In this document: in pieces, positions 8,274 to 15,629 of the stretch
How positions within the stretch are numbered: position 1 is the first letter of the stretch
Layout: every line of letters begins with the position of its first letter
Assembly (NCBI GenBank): GCA_035528775.1
Contig: DATKYA010000295.1
Span: forward strand, 1 to 28,538
DNA length: 28,538 nucleotides
Source of the DNA: Planctomycetota bacterium
Lineage (GTDB): Bacteria; Planctomycetota; PUPC01; JABMSA01
Reading direction: 5' to 3'
Position numbers and translations under genes: made by a program
Notes under the pieces: generated by a model
Databases searched by the model: none
Seen by the model: only the letters and a program-made list of their open reading frames with translations
Told to the model about the DNA's origin: nothing

Positions 8274-8370
8274 GATGAAGAGAACGATGAAGGATGAACG
8301 ATGAACGGACGACACCGAGCGGATGGCTGGCTTCTTCCGTTCATCGTTCATCGTTCATCGTTTATCCTTC
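8274..8370. repeat. Heptamer (GATGAAC)n palindromic REP-like element; likely terminates the large operon
   Basis: Perfect 17-bp inverted repeat GATGAACGATGAACGGA (8293-8309) / TCCGTTCATCGTTCATC (8336-8352), with further degenerate heptamers on both arms; one arm supplies the last codons and the stop of the YdjY-domain gene. Confidence 0.8.
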
Positions 8371-9350
8371 AGCTCGGGTGCAGGCTTTTCGGCCTTCTTC
8401 GTGCCCGGCGTGATGATCAGCACGACCGGCGTGCCTTTCGGTGGGGCCGTCTTCTTGTTCACGATGTAAACCGTGTCGTCGCCGCCGCTGGCCAGCGGAT
8501 TGTCGATCACCGACAGCGGGTCGTGGAAGACGGTGACGATGGATTTGTCCCGGTTGGCCATGTAGTAGTCGTTGCCCTGGTCGTCCTTGGCGAACTTGGA
8601 GCCGATGAACACCCACTCGATGTGCTCCATCGACGTGTTCTTCTTCGTGTCGAACATCAGGTCTTCGGCGCGCTTGCGGATGGTCTTGCCGTTTTCCTCC
8701 CACTGCACTTCGATGATGACGGGATCGCCGAAGGGGATGGCGGGATCGCCCTGGTATTCGGGCCCGCCGCCGGGCTTGAGACCCAGGAGCAGCAGAGAGA
8801 GGTGCAACTGCCATGCTTCGCCGCGGATGGCGACCAGGCTTTCGTATTCCTTGCCGCCCTCGGCGCAGGCAAACAGCTCCAACTGGCCTTCGTCCAGGCA
8901 GATTTTGCCGTCCACCTCGATGGTCTTCTTTTCCTTGTCGAGGCGGATGGCCTTCGGGTCGGGCTTGTTCTGCTTGTCGAGTGCGGCAGCGGGGTCGGCG
9001 CTGGCGGGATCGGCTTTCGTGGCCTGATCCGTGCCGCTGCCGGGCTCCTCGCCGGCAACAGCCGTGAAGCTCAACACCAAGCAGACGAGCAGTGCCGCGA
9101 TGAGAGCAGGTGTGGAAAGCAGTAGCAGCCCGTGTAGGGGCGGACTTCCGACAATCGAGTCTTCGAGATTGGCGGAATCGTCCGCCCATCTGGATGCCTT
9201 ATGGGGCTGGCGGTCAACAAAGCCTTCGCACGGTCGGGCGGACGATTGGCGACGACCGAGGCGGTCGTCCGAAGACTCGCCAAGTCCGCCCCTACGTCCT
9301 CGGTCGATACATTTCAAACACGCGATGCGGCGGATTCTATGAATACCCAT
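8355..9350 (-). CDS. Exported YdjY-domain protein (PVC type)
   Basis: Core LELFACAEGGKEYESLV...LHLSLLLLGLKPG...EWVFIGSKF...PPKGTPVVLIITP is recognisable as the YdjY domain. Start placed at ATG 9350 (GGAG RBS; in frame, 332 codons) because no other ATG precedes the hydrophobic signal ALIAALLVCLVLSFTAVA. Confidence 0.75.
   Translation of the reverse strand: MGIHRIRRIACLKCIDRGRRGGLGESSDDRLGRRQSSARPCEGFVDRQPHKASRWADDSANLEDSIVGSPPLHGLLLLSTPALIAALLVCLVLSFTAVAGEEPGSGTDQATKADPASADPAAALDKQNKPDPKAIRLDKEKKTIEVDGKICLDEGQLELFACAEGGKEYESLVAIRGEAWQLHLSLLLLGLKPGGGPEYQGDPAIPFGDPVIIEVQWEENGKTIRKRAEDLMFDTKKNTSMEHIEWVFIGSKFAKDDQGNDYYMANRDKSIVTVFHDPLSVIDNPLASGGDDTVYIVNKKTAPPKGTPVVLIITPGTKKAEKPAPELKDKR
9134..9295. 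repeat. 162-bp nested palindrome (GTAG-type REP doublet / REPIN- or MITE-like)
   Basis: Terminal inverted repeat GTAGGGGCGGACTT (9134-9147) / AAGTCCGCCCCTAC (9282-9295); inner pairs CGAGTCTTCG (9156-9165)/CGAAGACTCG (9270-9279) and AATCGTCCGCCC (9176-9187)/GGGCGGACGATT (9236-9247). Confidence 0.85.
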
Positions 9351-9459
9351 AGCATCTCCAATGAAACGGGCCGGACGCCCCAACGGCGCCGGCCCGGCAG
9401 ATACGTCACTGCGACCGACCGTTGTGAGGCGGAGGTCCCTGCGCCTCCGCGCGGAGCGG

Positions 9460-9939
9460 TCACCAGTCCCGCCATCGGGCGCCCGGCACCTGCGGGCCTT
9501 TCGGGATTGGTGCCGAGAACGCAATCTCGGCGTAGCCCACCTTTATGCAGGAGTTGAGCACCTGCAGCACGTAGTTGTACTGTGCTCTCGGGTCGGGGTC
9601 GATCGTCACGGGCTGATCCGCGTTGATCCCGTACAGCACCAGGAGCTTCTGCTCGAGGTCGGCGACGGTCGGATACTCGGTATCGCCGAGCTTGTAGACC
9701 GGCTTGGTGTGCCCGGGCTTCATCATCACGCGGATCACCAGTTCTTCCTCGGGCTCGAAGCTGGGCACGTTAAGGGGGTTGGGGCCGCGATCCTTCGGAA
9801 GGAAGGCATTGAGCCTGCCAGCCGGCTCCTTGAACTTCGTGCCGAGCAGGAAGAAGATGAGCAGCAGGAAGGTGACGTCGATCATGGACGTCATCTGCAT
9901 CTCGATTTCGGAGCTGCTTGCGAGGCGGCGTCTTTTCAT
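9460..9939 (-). CDS. exbD: ExbD/TolR family biopolymer transport protein
   Basis: TM motif QMTSMIDVTFLLLIFF with the conserved Asp; C-terminal VTIDPDPRAQYNYVLQVLNSCIKVGYAEIAF; TGATG overlap with the upstream exbD. Confidence 0.9.
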   Translation of the reverse strand: MKRRRLASSSEIEMQMTSMIDVTFLLLIFFLLGTKFKEPAGRLNAFLPKDRGPNPLNVPSFEPEEELVIRVMMKPGHTKPVYKLGDTEYPTVADLEQKLLVLYGINADQPVTIDPDPRAQYNYVLQVLNSCIKVGYAEIAFSAPIPKGPQVPGARWRDW

Positions 9940-10406
9940 CAGTTGGTGCCCCCTTTCAAGCTCGTTGTACTCTCAGTTACGCCGATCTTGGCGGCGAACG
10001 AGAGCTTGTACACCTTGTGCTTCACGCACAGTTGCATGATCTCCTGGATCACGCCGAACTGGGAGTCGCTGTCGGCACGAATGAGGATCGGCTTCTCCGA
10101 CACGTTTTCCCTCCTGCTCTGGTGGATCGATGCCTCGATTTTGATGACCTTCTCGAGCTCGTCGAGGGTGACGGGATACTTGCCGACGTAAACCTTGCCC
10201 GCCTTGTCGATGTTGATGGTCTGCCTGCCGGCCTCGCCTTCGTCGGGGACGGCTTCGGTCACCCGGGGGAGGGTGAGCTCGAGCGACTCCTTGGTGGCGA
10301 GGTCGGTGCAGAGCATGAAGAAGATCAGGAGCTGGAACACGACGTCGATCATGGGCGTCATGTTGATCCGTTCGCCCTCTTGTGGTTTCGACTTGATTTT
10401 CAGCAT
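9939..10406 (-). CDS. exbD: ExbD/TolR family biopolymer transport protein
   Basis: INMTPMIDVVFQLLIFF; ILIRADSDSQFGVIQEIMQLC...LSFA. Confidence 0.92.
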   Translation of the reverse strand: MLKIKSKPQEGERINMTPMIDVVFQLLIFFMLCTDLATKESLELTLPRVTEAVPDEGEAGRQTINIDKAGKVYVGKYPVTLDELEKVIKIEASIHQSRRENVSEKPILIRADSDSQFGVIQEIMQLCVKHKVYKLSFAAKIGVTESTTSLKGGTN

Positions 10407-10425
10407 GGCGGAATCCTCCTCTCGA

Positions 10426-11208
10426 TCAGCTCGCGGCCTTCTGGGCCGGCTTGAACCTCCTCATCAGGTCGGTGGCGATCGCCATGGTTTCCAGATCGAA
10501 CCGCATTACCCTGTTCCGGAAGTAGTGATACCACGCCATCAGGGGGATAGCGACCACGAGGCCCTCCACCGTAGTGATGAGGGCCATCGAGATGCCGCCG
10601 GCGAGGTCGGACGGGTTGGCGGCGACGCCCTTCTCGGCCAGCACCGCAAACGAGATCACCATACCGACCACGGTGCCCAGCAGCCCGAGCATCGGGGCAA
10701 TCGTATAGATCAGCGTGAGGTAGCTGAGCTTCTGGTGCATAGCAAGGGCGGACATCTCCGCTGCATCGCCCATCGCCTCTTCAATGGCTTCGAAGCCCTT
10801 GTCGACCCTGGAAAGCCCTGCGCCGACGATCCGGCTGAGCAGGTTGTCATCCGACTCGCACAACTGCAGTGCCTCTTCGTACTGCTCCTGCTCGAACATG
10901 TCTTCGAGCTCGGCGATGAAATGCGGCGGCAGCAGCTTGGTGCGCTGCAGTGTGATGAAGTCTTCGATCACCAGTGCCAGGCCGATGAACGACAGGAGAA
11001 TGATGATGCAGCCAACGTAGCCGGACTTCACGAGCAGGTCCCACAGGCTCATTCTGGTGGCAGCGACGGGGGCGGCAGTATCGGCGGGCGCGGCAGGCGC
11101 AGTGGCCGCCGGGGCTGCCGGGGCTGCCGGGGCAGGCTCACCTGCGTCCACCATCGTCGCCACCAACGTGATCAACAGCATTGCGATAACCAGCCAAGAA
11201 GTTCTCAT
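10426..11208 (-). CDS. exbB: MotA/TolQ/ExbB proton channel protein with signal peptide and Ala/Pro-rich linker
   Basis: LTLIYTIAPMLGLLGTVVGM...GISMALITTVEGLVVAIP; N-terminal signal followed by EPAPAAPAAPAATAPAAPADTAAP. Confidence 0.92.
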   Translation of the reverse strand: MRTSWLVIAMLLITLVATMVDAGEPAPAAPAAPAATAPAAPADTAAPVAATRMSLWDLLVKSGYVGCIIILLSFIGLALVIEDFITLQRTKLLPPHFIAELEDMFEQEQYEEALQLCESDDNLLSRIVGAGLSRVDKGFEAIEEAMGDAAEMSALAMHQKLSYLTLIYTIAPMLGLLGTVVGMVISFAVLAEKGVAANPSDLAGGISMALITTVEGLVVAIPLMAWYHYFRNRVMRFDLETMAIATDLMRRFKPAQKAAS

Positions 11209-11278
11209 GATCTTTTCAGCTCCTTTCGAACGTATCTGTCGTTTGCAACCACATGAATCCCCATATATTCAGACGCGT

Positions 11279-11298
11279 ACCGAACGCGGCGGTTCGGT
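11279..11298 (-). terminator. Short hairpin directly after the TPR gene stop
   Basis: ACCGAAC-6 nt loop-GTTCGGT; no U-tract, so it may be a processing or stability element. Confidence 0.3.
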
Positions 11299-12408
11299 TC
11301 ATTTCACGTTGAGAGCCTTCACGCCGGGGAAGTTGGCGTAGTCGCGCTTCAGCTCGGCGAACAACTCCTTGGCCCGATCCTTCTGCCCGAGGGCATTGAA
11401 GCACTGCACGGCTCCGATCAGCGACCGCGGGTATTCGTCGCCGACGGCAGAACCGAGCACGGTGACAACGCGCAGGTACTCCAGGAGTGCTTCCTTGGGC
11501 TTGCCGGCGGCCATGAGAGCGCCGCCGATGCCGTTGTAGCACTGTGCCACGATCGTGCTCAGCCTGATCTCGCGGGCGCTGACGGAGCCATCCATTTCCT
11601 TGACCGACTTGTCGATGATGTCGCGGAAGATCTTCAGACCGTCGTCGGTCTTGCCGCTGAGGACGAGTGCGGATGCCTTCAGCCGCTGGCCGGCGAGGGC
11701 GATATCGGGGTTGGAGCGCTCCACCTCGCGGATCAGTGCGTCGAGGTCCTTGATCGCCTTGTCGTATTCCTTCTTGCCGACGAGGGCTTCGGCCATCTTC
11801 ACCTTTGCCTTGTAGTAGAGATCGTCGCAGAACGTGGGTCTGCCCAAGGTGGAATCGATGGCGTTGCCCACCACGGCATAGCTCTCGATCGCCTTGTCCC
11901 ACTGCCCCTGTCCGAGCTGGATATCTCCGAGGGCGATGTGAGCATGGGGGACGAACTTGGCCTTGGGGTGGTCGGCGAGGAGTTTCCTGAGGGCTTCTTC
12001 GGCCTTGTCCAGCTTTCCCATCTGCAGGTTGCACAGGCCGATGTTGTAGGTGCAGGTGGATTCGACGTAGAACTTGCGGGCCCCCCTGACCTTCATTGCC
12101 CGCTCGTAGCGGCTGATGGCATCTTCGTATTCGCCGTTGCTGCGGGCGCGTTCGGCGGCGATGAAATCGGGCGAGCGATCGCCCCACTCGATCGATTCAA
12201 CCTCGCACTGGCGCACCCTGCCTTCGACGGCGGCGCTGGTGTAGGAGACGGCTTCGTAGGTTTCCTCCGTGACCGTACCGCTGATGGTGGTCCCGCGTTT
12301 CATGCGGATGATGTCATCAGCGGCATGAGCGGCCGCGGAGCCGATCAGCGCCGCCGCCAACGCAATTGAGAGCGTTCTTCCCAGGCCAAGTGAAGAGGTG
12401 GTTGTCAT
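11299..12408 (-). CDS. Exported TPR protein (369 aa)
   Basis: Signal peptide ...IALAAALIGSAAAHA; repeats such as GEYEDAISRYERA, GKLDKAEEALRKLLADHPKAKFVPHAHIALGDI, GKPKEALLEYLRV; ATGA overlap with the upstream gene. Confidence 0.88.
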   Translation of the reverse strand: MTTTSSLGLGRTLSIALAAALIGSAAAHAADDIIRMKRGTTISGTVTEETYEAVSYTSAAVEGRVRQCEVESIEWGDRSPDFIAAERARSNGEYEDAISRYERAMKVRGARKFYVESTCTYNIGLCNLQMGKLDKAEEALRKLLADHPKAKFVPHAHIALGDIQLGQGQWDKAIESYAVVGNAIDSTLGRPTFCDDLYYKAKVKMAEALVGKKEYDKAIKDLDALIREVERSNPDIALAGQRLKASALVLSGKTDDGLKIFRDIIDKSVKEMDGSVSAREIRLSTIVAQCYNGIGGALMAAGKPKEALLEYLRVVTVLGSAVGDEYPRSLIGAVQCFNALGQKDRAKELFAELKRDYANFPGVKALNVK

Positions 12409-15400
12409 TTCTTCTCCACGTATTCATTAATCTGATCGATGAGTTCCCTCGCCTGTCTGGCAAGGTCCGCCTGTTCCGGCGGAAGCTTGGCATCGCTGGC
12501 GATGCGGCCGAGAACCATGACGAACCTGTTGCGCCGGTCGGTGCCGCCCATCTCCGGGCGGAGGAGGAAGGTGGTCTTGAGCATTCTGAGGAGCATTTCG
12601 TACTGCTTCATCTCGACCATGCACTCCGACGCGTCGACCGAGGCATCCCACCACGTGTCGCCGCCGGCGGGAACGTTCTGCCGAATCTCCATGAAATCCT
12701 TGAGGGCATCGGCGTATTTCCTGCTCACCTTGCGGGCGAGGGCGAGGCCCTGCTTGGCCTGCCAGTGGCGTGGCGGCCTGGGTGCCCTGGGATCATTCTC
12801 GCGCATCTTCGCGTATTCCGCATCGTATTTCTTCACGAGTTTCTCGTAGATGTCCATGGCATCTGCGAGCTTGTTGAGCACGATGAGGTAGCCGGCCTGC
12901 ACCAGCCGGACGCTGTCCAACTCGTCCTCACGCTTCGCCTCGTTCCCGAACTCGTCGAGGAAGCTCTTGGCGAGAGCCAGCTTGGGGTCGACCGGGACGG
13001 CCTGGCCATGCTGGGAGAAGAGCATGATGACGTAGTAGATCATATCGAATCGCTGCTTTTCCGGCAGGAAGGCGAGGTTCGGGTCGAGCGTGAGCACCTG
13101 CTGGAAGTGCTCGACCGCCTTGGCGTAGCTTTTCCCGGCTTCTGCCGCATTGCCGTCTTCCGCCTGCTTGCGTGCCTGGGTATCCAAAGCCATCGCCACG
13201 CGGCAGGTGATGTCCGCGATGCCGGAGGAGTCTTTGAACTCCTTCAGCTCGAGCAGTTCCTTCTCGGCAGCCTCCGGTTCATCCAACTTGGCGAGTGCCA
13301 TGGTGCGGAGGTGCAGCACGTAGGGATGGATGTCGGTGGCTTGGGGGTACTTCGTTCTGATGCCGGCGCTCATCTCGATGAACTTGCGGACGCGGGCAAC
13401 GGCAAACGTATCGAGCAGCTCGAGAGCCTCCTGTGCGGATGCAGGGACCTTCTCGTGCACGGGCTGGAGCATAGCGGCGGCGGCGGTCTTGATCACGTCG
13501 GAGAGGTTCCTGACGTCGGAGCCGCTGCGCTTGATCTCGGCCCGGTAGAACGACTCCGCCGTGTTGTCGAGCATGAGCCTCCCGAGCTTGTAAACTGCCC
13601 GGCACTCGAGGTTCTGCCGCAGGCGTACGCGGTCTGCTGCCGGAGGATTTTCCTGCGACCACTTGAGGAAGGCGTCGTACAGCTTCACGGCCTCCGCTCG
13701 CTTCTCCACGCCCCTGGCGAAGTGTTTCGCCTTCAGCTCGCGGTCGGCGATCATGTCGGTGCACTGGGCGATCTCGTAGAGGGCGGAATCGTAGACGGAT
13801 GCGGCCTTGGGGGTGATCCGGCGGTAGACGTCGAGGGCCTTGTCGAGCTGGCCCTGCTCCGCGAGGTCTCTCGCCTCGATGATCAGGAATTCCTCCTCGC
13901 CAAGCTGCTTGCGCGTCTTGATGTAGAGGGCCTTGTCGAACTCGTCGCCCGTCTTGTCGAGCTGTTTCTTGAGGCTGAGGATCGCGATGAACTGGCTCTT
14001 CTCCACGTAGTCGTACTTCCTGGGATCGAAGCGGCAGCCGAGCCAGTCGCCGGTCACGTAGGCGTCGTAGTAGCGCTCGGTATGGTAGTAGCACATCGCC
14101 AGGAAGTAGCCGGCCTCGGCTCGCGCGCTCTCCCGGCCTTTCGGGTTGGCGAGCACTTTCCGGAAGGCGGCGGCGGCCTCCAGGTATCTCTTGTCCTGGT
14201 AGAGCACGCGGCCTTCCGCCATCAGGACGGTGGGATCGTCGGAATCGGGAAAGATCTTCTTCGCCCATTCGTTGATGATATCCTGGGCGGTGCCGGCCCA
14301 CTTGGGATTGGTATTGATGAAGGTGCGGCAGATTTCCATGCCGGCGTCATAGTACTTTCGGGCGGCTTCGGGGAGCGGCCCCTGCCCGGCCTGCGTCTTG
14401 AGCTTGAAGGCGGCCGAGAAGTAGATGGTTGCCTTGTAGAGCCTGGCCTTGGTCTCATCGTCGCCGCCGATACGGAGTTGCGAGATGTATGCGATCAGCG
14501 TTTCGTTCGCGTTGAGGGCGGCCTCGAACTTCCCGGCCTTGGTCAGTGTGTCGACGAGATCGAAATGTGCCCGGCGAATGAGATCGGGCACGCGCAGTTC
14601 GCGGGGCGTTGCGAGCACCCTGCGGAACGATTCCTCGGCCTTGGCAAGATCGCCTTCCTTCTTGCTCACCAGCCCCAGGTAGTAGTAGGAGTAGGACTCG
14701 AGGCTGGTCCCTTCGCCTTCGAAGGAGACCTGTTCAAGCTTGTCGAGCAGTGCCTTGAGGAGTTCCTTCCGCTTGGCATCGGCCGGCCTGGTGTCGTAGA
14801 GTTCGAGGTGGGCGTAGAGTGCCATAGCGATGCGGAAGTGCACGACGGTCACCTGGAAGTAGGCGTCGTCAAGCTCCTGCTCGAGTGCCTGCGTCTCTCG
14901 GGGATTCTTGTTGTTGGTGGCGAGGATGTGCTGGATTTCGTCGATGCGTGCGTTGCGGAGAAGGATGAGCTGCCCGAAATCATTCTCGGCCTGGGTGAAG
15001 AGGGCGTCGGCTTCCTTGAACACCTTTTCCTTCTCGTTGTCGGGAAGCTTTGCGATGCCGGCGGCGAGGATGGCGGCCTGACGCTGCTTGAGGATTGCGG
15101 CCTGTTCGGCGTATTCGACGGTCTTGGCGGTTTCGGGGCTGGCGGCGACGGCCTGCTTGAGGGCGTCTTCGGCCTTCTTGACGAGGGCGAGCTGCTCTTC
15201 TCCCGACGCGCTTTCGGCGGAATCGAGCAAGGCGGCGGCCCTTCCGAGGGCGATCCTGCCCTTCTCGATGGGGTCTTTTGCGGCGGCGACCATCTGCTGG
15301 CCGAATTTGTCGGCGAGGTCGGAGTAGCCGCGCCGCGAGATCGCTTCGAGGAACTTGAGATCCCACTCGAAGGAGGTCATGGCCATCGACTGACAGCCGG

Positions 15401-15446
15401 CGGCCGCCGCAATCACAAGGCCGAGGATGAATCGTGAAGCTCTCAA
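12405..15446 (-). CDS. Large exported TPR-rich alpha-solenoid protein (about 1013 aa), possibly a lipoprotein
   Basis: Start moved to TTG 15446 (GGGGTG upstream), giving MRASRFILGLVIAAAAGCQ, a lipobox-like AAGC; SPase I cleavage after SMA is also possible. Many TPR-like repeats (YYLGLVSKKEGDLAKAEESFRRV; AGYFLAMCYYHTERYYDAY; GQLDKALDVYRRI). Confidence 0.85.
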   Translation of the reverse strand: MRASRFILGLVIAAAAGCQSMAMTSFEWDLKFLEAISRRGYSDLADKFGQQMVAAAKDPIEKGRIALGRAAALLDSAESASGEEQLALVKKAEDALKQAVAASPETAKTVEYAEQAAILKQRQAAILAAGIAKLPDNEKEKVFKEADALFTQAENDFGQLILLRNARIDEIQHILATNNKNPRETQALEQELDDAYFQVTVVHFRIAMALYAHLELYDTRPADAKRKELLKALLDKLEQVSFEGEGTSLESYSYYYLGLVSKKEGDLAKAEESFRRVLATPRELRVPDLIRRAHFDLVDTLTKAGKFEAALNANETLIAYISQLRIGGDDETKARLYKATIYFSAAFKLKTQAGQGPLPEAARKYYDAGMEICRTFINTNPKWAGTAQDIINEWAKKIFPDSDDPTVLMAEGRVLYQDKRYLEAAAAFRKVLANPKGRESARAEAGYFLAMCYYHTERYYDAYVTGDWLGCRFDPRKYDYVEKSQFIAILSLKKQLDKTGDEFDKALYIKTRKQLGEEEFLIIEARDLAEQGQLDKALDVYRRITPKAASVYDSALYEIAQCTDMIADRELKAKHFARGVEKRAEAVKLYDAFLKWSQENPPAADRVRLRQNLECRAVYKLGRLMLDNTAESFYRAEIKRSGSDVRNLSDVIKTAAAAMLQPVHEKVPASAQEALELLDTFAVARVRKFIEMSAGIRTKYPQATDIHPYVLHLRTMALAKLDEPEAAEKELLELKEFKDSSGIADITCRVAMALDTQARKQAEDGNAAEAGKSYAKAVEHFQQVLTLDPNLAFLPEKQRFDMIYYVIMLFSQHGQAVPVDPKLALAKSFLDEFGNEAKREDELDSVRLVQAGYLIVLNKLADAMDIYEKLVKKYDAEYAKMRENDPRAPRPPRHWQAKQGLALARKVSRKYADALKDFMEIRQNVPAGGDTWWDASVDASECMVEMKQYEMLLRMLKTTFLLRPEMGGTDRRNRFVMVLGRIASDAKLPPEQADLARQARELIDQINEYVEKK

Positions 15447-15629
15447 CTCACACCCCTGCACTAGTAAACGAAGCGAGAGGGGGAAAGTTCGTACCGATGG
15501 CCCCATTAAATAAGGCGGGGGGTCTTTGCAGGCCCCCCATGAAGCTGGCCGAATGGCCAGACCCATTGTCCATCTTCGGAGGACAAAATGCAACAGCTTT
15601 CCGGCTGCGGTGAGGCTGTGCCAAGTCCG

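Noticed and set aside
8274-8370. Possible CRISPR or iteron array
   Set aside because: Units are 7 bp, contiguous and inverted between arms; there are no spacers and no cas or rep gene.
9351-9524. Track start of the YdjY-domain ORF at 9524
   Set aside because: It overlaps the exbD 3' end, has no RBS and the sequence is Arg/low-complexity; ATG 9350 has GGAG.
12366-15437. 1023-aa plus-strand ORF, and similar long plus ORFs (2503-4194, 15588-16616, 18765-20690, 20402-23116, 23519-24748, 26296-28398)
   Set aside because: Antisense shadows of real minus-strand genes, expected from strong GC3 bias; no recognisable motifs, and they mirror the sense codon pattern.
15565-15595. Internal promoter TTGCAT-N17-GACAAT upstream of the large TPR gene
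   Set aside because: The -10 lacks the first T and the match is only moderate; not supportable without TSS data.
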